From assembly GCF_006345805.1 (NCBI RefSeq), contig NC_043005.1, positions 42,346,001 through 42,410,000 on the forward strand: 64,000 bases of DNA, in the 5' to 3' direction. A program made the translations under genes and the position numbers. The stretch comes from Octopus sinensis (taxonomy: Eukaryota). The notes below the pieces were generated by a model that saw only the letters and a list, made by a program, of their open reading frames with translations, made no database searches and had not been told where the DNA came from. Positions 38,091-48,858 of this stretch are shown here, piece by piece; position 1 is the stretch's first letter; the number at the start of each line of letters is the position of its first letter.

Positions 38091-38639
38091 TGCATAATAT
38101 ATATATGTAATGTAGGATAAAATGTTTTCGAAAAAAAAATTTATGGCCAGCATATTAAAAAATACCTTTAAAGGTTAAATTTATAAACAACTTATAAATA
38201 AGGGCAAACGAAAAAATTTCTAATGCCAAATATGCCGAAATTAGACACATTGTCCATAACCATTATAATTTTTTCACAATACGCACGCTACTCAAAAAAG
38301 GTCGACAGAAATTTCTAACAAATTCCATTATTACCACATCGGACAGATTTCAGGGTTAGTTCGTAAGAACCCTCCCTTCGTCAGTGATAAATGTGGCAAA
38401 GAAATAAATGATATACTTACTCGAACCCATGGAAGAAGCAAACACTAAGTCATGAGCACAATTAAGTACTCCAAATAAATTGTATATATATATATATATA
38501 TATAGTAATGTGAGAAAACGTCGAGCAAAGAATAAACGATACTGCTTGCAAATGGAGATAAACGATTAATAAACCGTGTCAGTCATGTGATATCTTTTCA
38601 TAATCAATTCTATTTGTTTTTATATTATTCGTCGTATTA

Positions 38640-38850
38640 TGGTGGCGAGCTGATAGAATCATTAGCACGGTGGGTAAAATACGTAGCAGTATTTCATCCG
38701 TCTTCACGTTCTCTGTTCAAATTCTGCCAAGGTTGATTTTGCCTCTCATCCTTTCGGGGTCGATGAAATAAGTACCAGCTCAGTACTGGAGTCAATGTTA
38801 TTAGCTTACGTCCTCCCTAAAATTGCTGGCCTTGTGCCAAAATTTGTAAC
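38640..38850 (+). mobile_element. Diverged SINE-B (tail 2-like)
   Basis: GGTGGCGAGCTGATAGAATC..GTTCAAATTC..TCATCCTTTCGGGGTCGAT. Confidence 0.8.
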
Positions 38851-39039
38851 CAAATTGCATCAAAAGTATATCTAGTAAATCTCAACCTAAGTTCAACTAT
38901 TCTCATTGACGACTGTTTCAATCTTACTACAATATTGTGTATCTCCCTTGGGCTACCGTCGTGTGGGCACCGTAATTGAATGAAGCATGTCTTGTGAGAT
39001 TTTGGTTTCGCGTAACTCATTTCTCTTTAGATCTAACCA

Positions 39040-39578
39040 CTGACAATTTCTTCCGGCGAAACAATGAAGGATCAGCCCAGGCATTAATACGTTATTTATC
39101 GATCGAAAAGATCAAAGCCAAATTGAGCTCGGCAGGATTTGAACTCACAGTGGAAGGAGTTAGAACAAATATTCCTTTCTTCTCGAGGCACAAGGCCCGA
39201 AATTTTGTGGGAGGAGTCCAGTCGATTAGATCGATCCCAGTCTGCAACTGGTACTTAATTTATCGATCCGGAAAGGCTGAAAGGCGAAGTCAACCTCGGA
39301 GTTAGAACAAATATTACAAACTTTTTATCTGACGTTATAATGGCTGAACTCCTTACTAGATTTGGATTCTTTTCTACTCTAGGCACATGGACCGAAATTT
39401 TTAGTTTAGTGAGAAGCGCAGTCGATTAGATCGACCCCAGTACACAACTGGTACTTAATTTATCGACCCCGAAAGGATAAAAGGCAAAGTCGACCTCGGC
39501 GGAATTTGAACGCATAACATGAAGACGGGCGAAAAGCTGTTAAGCAATGTGCTAACGATTCTGCCAGATCGTCGCCCT
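39040..39578 (-). mobile_element. Cluster of truncated SINE-B units
   Basis: Three partial bodies; the last has a full head ending near 39578. Confidence 0.75.
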
Positions 39579-39579
39579 A

Positions 39580-40000
39580 AGTCGGTTACATCGATATCGA
39601 CAGCAGTCTGGAGGAACCTATAAAGATCATAAACCCTTACCTTTTCTACCCTGGCCAGGTTATAGAAAACCATCTTCGGGATTACACATCTAACGATGCA
39701 AATATTTCCTACAGTTTATTATTTCTGCAAGAAAAATATTGATATCAGATAATCTATTATTCTTCAAACAGGTTGCCAAAATTCCTTACTCAGTGGTATC
39801 GTACGAGACTCGGTAAAAGATATGGTGATGCTTCAATGCTGAGGCACACGGAAGAAAGGTTGATCAAAAATTTTGTTGAAGTGCTCAACCCATCTTGCTA
39901 CCTTATATCGAATTTCCCCCTTCTATTGTAGACAGTGAAATGATGGTTGCTAGCTTCAACAGCTAGTTCTATTGCTTTTAAATCTTTTTCTGGGTGTGTT
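39580..40000 (-). mobile_element. Decayed RTE-like LINE ORF2 fragment
   Basis: VARWVEHFNKIF (RTE RW.EHF motif) and KGKG..DCCRYR (resembling KG..DC.NYRGI); many stops. Confidence 0.45.
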
Positions 40001-42084
40001 TTTCATTCTTCTTCTTCTTAGAGAAGCGGATACAAAAGTACAGAGAAACGCCTGAACGTATGTTTGTCTTAATTCGATTGGCCTTCATATCAGTGGTCGA
40101 TAGACATCCATAAATACATGCATACTCTCTCTCTCTATCCGCTCAGTCGAAGTCGACTCTTTGTCACTCGTTGGATGAGTGTCCTCCAGTCAGTTCTATC
40201 CTTCAGATTGGCCATGTCCATTCCGGTATCATTCTAAGAGCTGCCTTTTACCTTGTATTTTTGACAGGGTTAGAACTACATCACTTCTGAATTAAAGGGA
40301 ATATGTCACAATCTCGGAAAAATTAGGAACAAAATTTTCAGAATAATTCTCAACATTTAATATATAAACCTTCCTGAATGACAGCTTGGTCCGAGTCCTA
40401 CTGGCTACGTTTACTTCTTTTTGATATGCTCATTGTATTCTGAAACTGTATTTAATTTGGATTTTATGTATCTCTTTCAAAAATGTCCTTAAGCTATTAT
40501 ATTGTTTTATTCAAACCATTTTCCGAATATACAGCTGTTTAAATACCATCAATTACAAATTATTATGCTTGGGGCTTCTTTAGAAATTGTTTATTCTGTA
40601 ATTTCCTCTTTCCATAATATTTTACTTAGTTTATTGCATAACATTTTACCTATTTGGGAAACCAGTCTCTACGACTTAGATAATACGATACAAATTGTGT
40701 TAAACTAAGGCGAAAGTGGTCTATTTCTGATTAAGTTAAAGATGTTATATTAGGGAAAGATTCTTTCTCTTTAAAATAATGAAAAATGATGTCAACGATT
40801 TTGTTTTCCAATTATTGAAATTAAATTTAGTGTGAAAACAATTAATTTCTTGTAATTTTATGCATTAAGGTGAAGTTAACGTATATTTTATTTTTTCAGT
40901 TTATAATATACCTAGAGGTGAAAACAAACAGCATAAATGAAACAATTAGCATATCAGCGACTTATAAATAATAGCTGTATAGCCTCATTTTTCATAAAGT
41001 TGGATCTCGATGAAATGGTGAAAGACAATGTTTTTGAAAGTGGTGTAAAATATTAGGAAAAATTATCGTCATATAAATATAATTTTGAACAGATACCGTT
41101 GTTACTAAAACAAACGAAACATTTAATATAATTAAAACGACTGTTGTAAAATGAAGTCTTGGAAACTAGGAAATCCAACGTATTTCATTGAATTTTTCCG
41201 AACCAGTTTTATTGCCAAACACGCTAAGACGATTTGCTTTAGTTTGATAGAAAGAAGAAAACCTAAAACTTCTAATAGCAGGTCATATGTTTAATGTTTG
41301 TGTCATTATTTTTTCTCTTTAGAATAAAATTAATTGAATTATTTTAAACAACGCTATGCACTTACATGTTATAGAAGTGAAATAACATTTATTCCTATCT
41401 AGATTAGTAGTTCATATTGCAACTGGCATGATACTGTTTTGAAGTAACCGTACAGAAGAAAAGAACTGGTCGGCAGACAAATTCAAACACCAATTAATTC
41501 ATTAATCCTGGTCTGACGGATTTGAGCCTCGAACGCCAACCAGAGCAATTACCGAAAATTTTATAGATTAAGTCTTGTGGAATGTATTTATTCTTCGTGG
41601 CTTACACACATACACGTATATATATAGAAATAGATAGATATACACACACACAGTCGCGCGTCTTTTGCTTGCTTCGGTAATTGGGCTGCGACTATTCTAT
41701 GACACCAAGTTGAAGGGTTTTAAAAGTTTTAGAGTTCCTCTTTATCCAAGCAGTCAATATAGGCGAACCTAAATGCAGAATACGTACTGTTAACTCTTCG
41801 GTTGGTATTCGAACATCTGGTCGAATAATCTACCTTTAACTCCCTGTAATTCCTATAAACTTACAGGGAGTTGAAGGTAAAATCTGCGAAAAAAAGTTTA
41901 ACAAATCGGATGCGCTAAGTTAATAGAATCCAATAGTTACACAAACATTTATTTTTTCTTATTATTGACTAGAAGAATATATGGCGGATTGGATTTGAAT
42001 CCAGAACAGAGAAGTTAAGTACCATAAGGTTTATTACCCGTTGCCCTACCGATTGTGTCAACCACTGGTCAATAATTCTAAGTC

Positions 42085-42240
42085 TTTACGATCTGAGTTC
42101 AAATTCTGCCGAGGTCGACTATGACTTTCATTCTCTTGGGTTCAATAAATTAGGTACCAGTTGCGTACTCGGGTCGATCGAATCGACTGGCCCCTCCCCC
42201 AAAATTTCGGGCCTTGTGCCTAGAATAGAAAAGAATAATT
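42085..42240 (+). mobile_element. 5'-truncated SINE-B (tail 2)
   Basis: GAGTTCAAATTC..GGCCCCTCCCCCAAAATTTCGGGCCTTGTGCCTAGAATAGAAAAG. Confidence 0.82.
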
Positions 42241-42595
42241 CTAATAGTCCTTCAACAAAGAGTCTGTCGTGGAAGTGAGACCAAATAGCGGCACGGTCTT
42301 CAAGAATTTAGTCGGTCATATTTAACCCTTCCTTCTATTTGATGTTTTCATTTGCGTTAATCGTCAATCTGCTATTTTACTGGGCATAAAGTGATATAAC
42401 ATCAATTTCAAGGCACGCAGCCAAACACATACCCACACAGTATGTGTGTGTGTGTGTATATATATATATAGCCACACTAGAATGGGAGAAAGCGCTAATG
42501 ATCTAAATGATATGATAGATATATATATATAATGTAATATACAAATAAATATCTGTAAATATAAACCATCCGATTTTCTGAGTACCTCATTTCTT

Positions 42596-42650
<55 letters not shown>

Positions 42651-42868
42651 TCAATGGCCTTTGACGCATATTACAGAACTTCTTTAATATTAAAGTTTTG
42701 AAACTTCAAGTTTAACAACCACACTAACAATTAATCTTTCCTATATTGATGCTAGATTCCATTCCAGAGAAACTGCAAATCAATGAGATGCTGCTTTCTT
42801 GCACTGTTTTCTTTTCTTTGCCATTTACATACAAGAGCTGCATTTGTATCCTGTTATATATTATAGAT

Positions 42869-43114
42869 GTAGAGGCGCGTAGCTTAGTGGTTAGGGTGTC
42901 AGCACCATGATCGCAAGATTCTGGTTTCGATTCCTGCACCGGGCGACGCGTTGTGTTCATGAGCAAAACACTTCATTTCACGTTGCTCCAGTCCACTCAG
43001 CTGGCAAAAATGAGTAACGCTGCGATGGACTGGCATCCCGTCCAGCTGGTGAACACATACGCCATAGAAACCGGGAAACCGGGCCCATGAGGCTGGCTAG
43101 GCTTTAAAAGGGCG
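42869..43114 (+). mobile_element. SINE-C, body Y + V-like tail
   Basis: A box TAGCTTAGTGG, B box GGTTTCGATTCC, body Y, tail GATGGACTGGCATCCCGTCCAG. Confidence 0.88.
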
Positions 43115-43149
43115 CGGACACAGCGCTTGATTAGGCTGCTCATACAGAT

Positions 43150-43330
43150 GTTTTAGCGGCGTTTCGTCCGTTTTTTACGTTCTGCGTTGAAATTCCACCG
43201 ATGTCGACTGTGCCTTTCATCTTTTCGGGATCGGTAAAATAAGTACCAGTTGAGTACTGGGGTCAATGTAATCGACTTATTCCTTCCCACGGATTTGCTG
43301 CCCTTGAAACAAAATTTGAAACAAGTATTA
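43150..43330 (+). mobile_element. Diverged truncated SINE-B
   Basis: GTCGACTGTGCCTTTCATCTTTTCGGGATCGGTAAAATAAGTACCAG. Confidence 0.78.
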
Positions 43331-43344
43331 AATGGTTTTTTTTT

Positions 43345-43651
43345 CGCCCTTTTCAACCCTACCCAAGCTCAATGGGCCCGATTTCCCGGTTTTTGTGGCG
43401 TATGTGTTCCCCCCCCCAGCTGGATGGGACGCTAGTCTATCGCAGCGTTACTCAAGAAACAGGAAGAGAGAGTGAGAGAAATTTGTGGCGAAAGAGTACA
43501 ACAGGGGTTGCCACCACCCACTGCCGGAGCCTCCTGGAGCTTTTAGGTGTTTTCGCTTAATAAACACACACAACGCCCGGTCTGGAAATCGAAACCGCGA
43601 TCCTCCGATTGCGAGTCCGCTGGCCTAACCACTGGGCCATTGCGCCTCCAC
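43345..43651 (-). mobile_element. SINE-C, body X + V-like tail
   Basis: Reverse-complement head GTGGAGGCGCAATGGCCCAGTGG, body X, tail matching 43015-43114. Confidence 0.88.
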
Positions 43652-44234
43652 ATTAAATGTATTAGTGATTTGAAAATATCTGAAACACGCAACTTCCCCT
43701 TTTAATCTGAATACTTCAAACTTAGAGAAATAAGGAATTGTAATGGATTGAACCTGTAATGTCTATGCCTGGGTCAAAGTGATGTTCAATAGGAAGCCGT
43801 TGTGTTTATTACAGTACTTCCAAAAAAACATAGAAAAAGATACACAATTTTGCAGTAATCTATGGAGGAAGGAGATATGAACTGTAATATTCATATGATT
43901 CCCATAAGCAGTCATACATAAAACAAAAGATCATGAACCGTGAATCAAAGCCAATTAGCGCGCACATATATTTAAACTAACGAAATCCTACGCACGAATA
44001 TCGGAAGTTAAATTATAGATTAATTATGTTTTTACCGGAAGTTGTATATTTAGTTAATTATAGTGGATATCGTTCCTGAGAAAAACCTTAAAGGCACGAG
44101 CACGGTTGTATCGCTTAGGAGGTCGCTTCTATGGTTTAAGAGACCACGTATTTCGAAGTTCGATGCCCCTAGGCAACATTTTAGACTAATGTTTTGTGAA
44201 CGTAGATGGCACGTAGAAGCTGAGTAGGGTTCAT

Positions 44235-44236
44235 TG

Positions 44237-44289
<53 letters not shown>

Positions 44290-44644
44290 TACATATATAC
44301 ATATTTATTTATACATATACATATATAGGATTGTGTGTATATATGTATATATATTTATATATGTATATATTTATATATATGTATATATTTATATATATAT
44401 ATATGTATATATAATTATATATATATGTATATAAATTTATATATATGTATATATATATTTATATATATATGTATATATATTTATATTTATATGTATATAT
44501 GTATATATATATTTATGTATATATGTATATATATTTATGTATCTATGTACATATATATTTTTGTAGCTATGTATATATATATATTTATATATATATGTAT
44601 ATATTATTTATATATATATGTATGCATTTATATATATGTATATA

Positions 44645-44688
<44 letters not shown>

Positions 44689-44691
44689 ATA
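44235..44691. repeat. Degenerate (TA)n-rich low-complexity tract
   Basis: Direct reading. Confidence 0.9.
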
Positions 44692-45327
44692 TGGTGCAAA
44701 AGTAATGTCCGATTTAAAAATCTATGGTAAAAATGAATAAGCCAATGACTATGGGAATATTTATTCATTAACATACTCTCCATTGCTTTCAATGACCTCC
44801 TTCCACCTCTCAACAACCTTATAGATGCCCCGCTTGTAAACCCCGCTGTAGGTTTAGAACCAAAATATGAATCCAACTCATTTTCGGTCTCTTCTCTTGT
44901 TGCTAACATAAATCTATCAAAACGGTTCTGTAATCCTCGGAGCAAATGGTAATCAGAAGGAGCAAAGCCAGGAGAATATGGAGGATGAGGCAGCATTTCT
45001 CAACCAAGTTCTTCCAAGGGAGTTTTGGTCAGTCGAGCTGTGTGAGAACGAGCATTATCGTGACGGAGGATGACACCCTTTTTATTAACCAAGGATGCTC
45101 GCTTTTATCTCTACGAAGTAGCTCACAGTAAATATTAGCATTAATTGTTTGGTTGTTTCCAACAGTTCATAAAGGATTACTTCTTTGATATCCCACCATA
45201 CACTCAACATGATCTTGTTTGGATGAAGTCCTGCTCTCGGTTGTTGAACTGGCTGTCCTCCTCAACTGATCCAAGAACGGCGACGTTTAACATTATGATA
45301 AAGAATCCACTTCTCATCACCTGTAAC
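44692..45327 (-). mobile_element. Mariner transposase 3' half (DD34D) with right TIR
   Basis: VTGDEKWILYHNVKRRRSW, KIMLSVWWD, GVILRHDNARSH, HPPYSPGFAPSDYHL; TIR TGGTGCAAAAGTAATGTCCG next to (TA)n. Confidence 0.88.
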
Positions 45328-45541
45328 ATATATTTTAATATGTATTTGTATATAGGTATATATATGTATATATGTATGAATATGTATGTACTTATGTATG
45401 TATAATTTCAAATTAATAATAAAAGGGTAAATTAATCAAATTAATTAATTGATCAATTAATTAATTAATAATTTTACTAATAGATCGGTACATTAAAATA
45501 GCCTCTATAGGTAAAATTATGCAAATATTCTATAATTGTAT

Positions 45542-45708
45542 ACATAATTATAATTAGGGGTCCGGTAATTGCTTCACCACATACCGAATTTAGAAATAGG
45601 AGTAAAAAATTCCTTTTCTACTACTGTAGTAGGAAAGGAATTTTTAACTCCTATTTCTAAATTTGGTATGTGGTGAAGCAATTAGCTGACCCCTAGTTAT
45701 AATTATGT
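45542..45708. repeat. Near-perfect palindrome, 83-bp arms, 1-nt spacer
   Basis: 77/83 positions complementary; centre T45625. Confidence 0.95.
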
Positions 45709-45889
45709 TTCTAATTATAAAATATATGTATGTATATATGTATATACATATGCATGTGCATGTATATATATCTGTGTATATATATGTATGTGAATATATG
45801 TATATGTTTGTATATATATATATATATATATATAGATGTACATATGACAATTTTCTCCCTCCGTCTTCCTTTCAATTGGACTTCCCTCT

Positions 45890-45924
45890 GTTTCTGTAGA
45901 AGAGCGTTGCTCGAAATATTAAAC
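45890..45924 (+). ncRNA. Minimal hammerhead-ribozyme-like motif (core A6 changed to U)
   Basis: GUUU-CUGUAGA-A-GAGC-GUU-GCUC-GAAAU-AUU-AAAC; same architecture and flanks as 15216-15250. Confidence 0.55.
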
Positions 45925-46009
45925 CATCTTTCTTTGAGCGTCTTCTAATATTTTACCTGAACCACGCATTCGCGTTGTTTAATTTGTGTATGTTCTTTGT
46001 TTCGGATTA

Positions 46010-46039
46010 TTGTATATATGTATATATATATATATATAT

Positions 46040-46074
<35 letters not shown>

Positions 46075-46107
46075 ATGTGTGTGTATAAATATATGTGTAT
46101 ATATACA

Positions 46108-46169
<62 letters not shown>

Positions 46170-46225
46170 TAGATATACATATATATTATATATATATATA
46201 TGAATGTATATATAAATATCTATCT

Positions 46226-46274
<49 letters not shown>

Positions 46275-46311
46275 TATGCACACATATATGTATATATATG
46301 TGTATGTATAT

Positions 46312-46347
<36 letters not shown>

Positions 46348-46400
46348 TATATATATATATATATATATATGAATATATGTATATATATGTGTGTATGTGT
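46010..46400. repeat. Compound (TA)n/(GT)n/(CA)n microsatellite
   Basis: Direct reading. Confidence 0.9.
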
Positions 46401-47087
46401 GTTTGTGTGTATGTGTGTGTTCAACGATAGGCCGCTGTTGATCAACCGAGCAACTTCTCATGAAAATATTTTTCGAATGTGAGGAACTATGCAAGAATAA
46501 CTTGTAGGAAAAACTAAATCTGACACTGGCTGCAAATGGTTCCAATTGTCGAGGAATATTTACTGTTGAATCTTAGGTGTATAATGGCCCAACCTGGCGG
46601 TACTGACGAGGCGTCACTTAATTGCGTTGTATACTGTGATACAGTAGGGGAAGTAAATCAAATTTTTTTTCTCTTAGTTTCACTCGAATATCCTCTTAAG
46701 TTTTGACCATGTTTTCTAAAAACTGTTACCCAGACTAGGATTTCTAAAATGTGGCGATAATTCATTGCACACTTCATTCATTATAAATATTTTCAAACAA
46801 CTCTTAGAAAAGCATTGATTTTCTATCTCCAAGTTCAGCGCAAGTTAACTTTCGGACGTCTTTTAAACCAGTACCAGAGATAAGAAATTTCAGTACAGCA
46901 GTGCAGGTAACTCACGCATTTGCGACAAAGAATTACTGCTACTGAATGTGTAGACTAGTCGAAAGTGGACACGATATCATCCTTGGTTCTTGCGGTGTAG
47001 AAGAGTTATATCTTGGTCATCATCTAAAACGGGTAAAAAGGCATCTTACCAATATTTAGTCATAATCGAATCCGAATTAACATCCAC

Positions 47088-47238
<151 letters not shown>

Positions 47239-47619
47239 TGAGAAGAGTGAGAGATCTGAGGCAAATTCAAGATGGCGCTAGTTAAACGTATCTGCGACAA
47301 CATCTGAGCAATGTACGTATAAAAGTATCTTGTCTTATTCCACAAAGGTTAAACATACAAACTGCTTCACTGTCGCCATCGGAGAAATTTATAGAACAGT
47401 TATTGACTCCTTAGAAATCAGTAATGTATGATGTTATAGTTTACATATACAGGATGCAAAAAAGAAAAACAGAAAAACAGTTTTGTACCTCGGTGGAATC
47501 TCATTCGATTTATTTTCACTGTTAATAACCTCGAGAAAAGCACGAACATGGCACAATCATGTCTTCCTTTGCATTTGATTAAAAGATGTTTGATTTATTT
47601 ATTTTTATTAAAAGTAATT

Positions 47620-47900
47620 GCAGAGGCCCATATCCTTTTTGTCAAGGCTGTATACTCTCGAATGCATGATCAATGTTTCGATTCCTGCACCAGGCGATGC
47701 ATCGAGTTCTTGAGCCTTGTGTTCTTGAGCGAAATATTTCATTTGGCGTTGCTCTGAGATCACTTCCACATCTAACTTGAGGCACTCTGTACACCAGTAC
47801 AATCAATGTTGATTCGATGGAGGGAGCGAACTGATGTGCAGCACAAACATTTGATCACCATAAGCAAATTATCTATGCAAGTTGTTCAGCAAGAAATGGC
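47620..47900 (+). mobile_element. Degenerate SINE-C-related copy
   Basis: GTTTCGATTCCTGCACCAGGCG..GTGTTCTTGAGCGAAATATTTC..CGTTGCTC; different 3' part. Confidence 0.55.
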
Positions 47901-48028
47901 GGACCCCTCATCTGAAGAGACCTTCACGTTAACTGTAATTATCTAAAACCATTTATAGCAATCTCTCTGTCCACCACTCTTCCCTCTCTGCACACACATA
48001 CACGCACACACACACATACACACACACA

Positions 48029-48096
<68 letters not shown>

Positions 48097-48539
48097 TACA
48101 TTAAATGCAGAAGTAGGAAATCCAAAGATAGTTGTTATACGCTATTAGCTTTGTTTCGTCACTCGTCAAACTGACTGCAAAATGTTCTGATTTAGTTTAG
48201 CTAATGAGGCAACTTATCTATCGAGTCTATCATTGACAATAGGGCGTTAGCATGTGAAAAGTACACAGATTTTCATTGAGCTTATAAATGTAAACTCGGA
48301 ATTAAATTACTTGCAGTTCTATATGTTTCTTACTCCTGTTTTCCCCAGCACTCCTACCTTTGTTTAGTCCTGAAAATTTATTTTATTTTTAAGAAAGATT
48401 ATTAGTGAAACGTTATTTCTCCTTGTTTACGCTTCTTTGCTCCTGTTATTGCTTAACCACAGATCAACCTTTATCGAACAGACGTATGATAAAAGGCATT
48501 CTGGGTGTGTTCATCACGTTTTTCCCTTCCTCTAGACGC

Positions 48540-48858
48540 GTGAAGGCGCGTAGCTTAGTGGTTAGGGCATTCGGATCATATGTTCGTATGTTCAATTTCC
48601 GGTGACGCGTTGTGTTTTTGCGCAAGACACTTTATTACACGCTGCTCCAGTTCACTCAGCTGGTAAAAATGAGTAGTACTTGTATTTCAAAGGGCCAGCT
48701 TTGTCACATTCTGTGTCACGTTGAATCTCCCTGAGAACTACGTTAAGAGTACGCGTCTCTGTGGTGTGCTCAGCCACTTGCACGTTAATTTCACGAGCAA
48801 CCTGTTCCGTTGATCGGATTAACAGGAACCCACGTCGTCGTAACCGCTGGAATGCCAG
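48540..48858 (+). mobile_element. SINE-C, body Y + tail Z
   Basis: Head GAAGGCGCGTAGCTTAGTGG, body Y ..AAAAATGAGT, tail Z TGTATTTCAAAGGGCC..GTCGTCGTAACC. Confidence 0.85.

Noticed and set aside
39641-39724. Minus-strand exon-like segment with a strong acceptor, a Kozak ATG (MVFYNLARVEK) and a GTAAGG donor
   Set aside because: It lies within a decayed RTE-like fragment and no compatible downstream exon was found.
39772-40057. Plus-strand candidate mini-exons 39772-39812 and 40022-40057 (could join as LPKFLTQWYRTRLEKRIQKYRETPE)
   Set aside because: No recognisable homology, and the opposite strand is better explained as an RTE relic; RNA-seq junctions would be needed.
47265-47280. YY1/Kozak-like CAAGATGGCG; ETS- and CCAAT-like motifs at 43945-44045
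   Set aside because: Short motifs expected by chance; the ORF after the ATG is only 11 codons and there is no CpG-rich promoter context.
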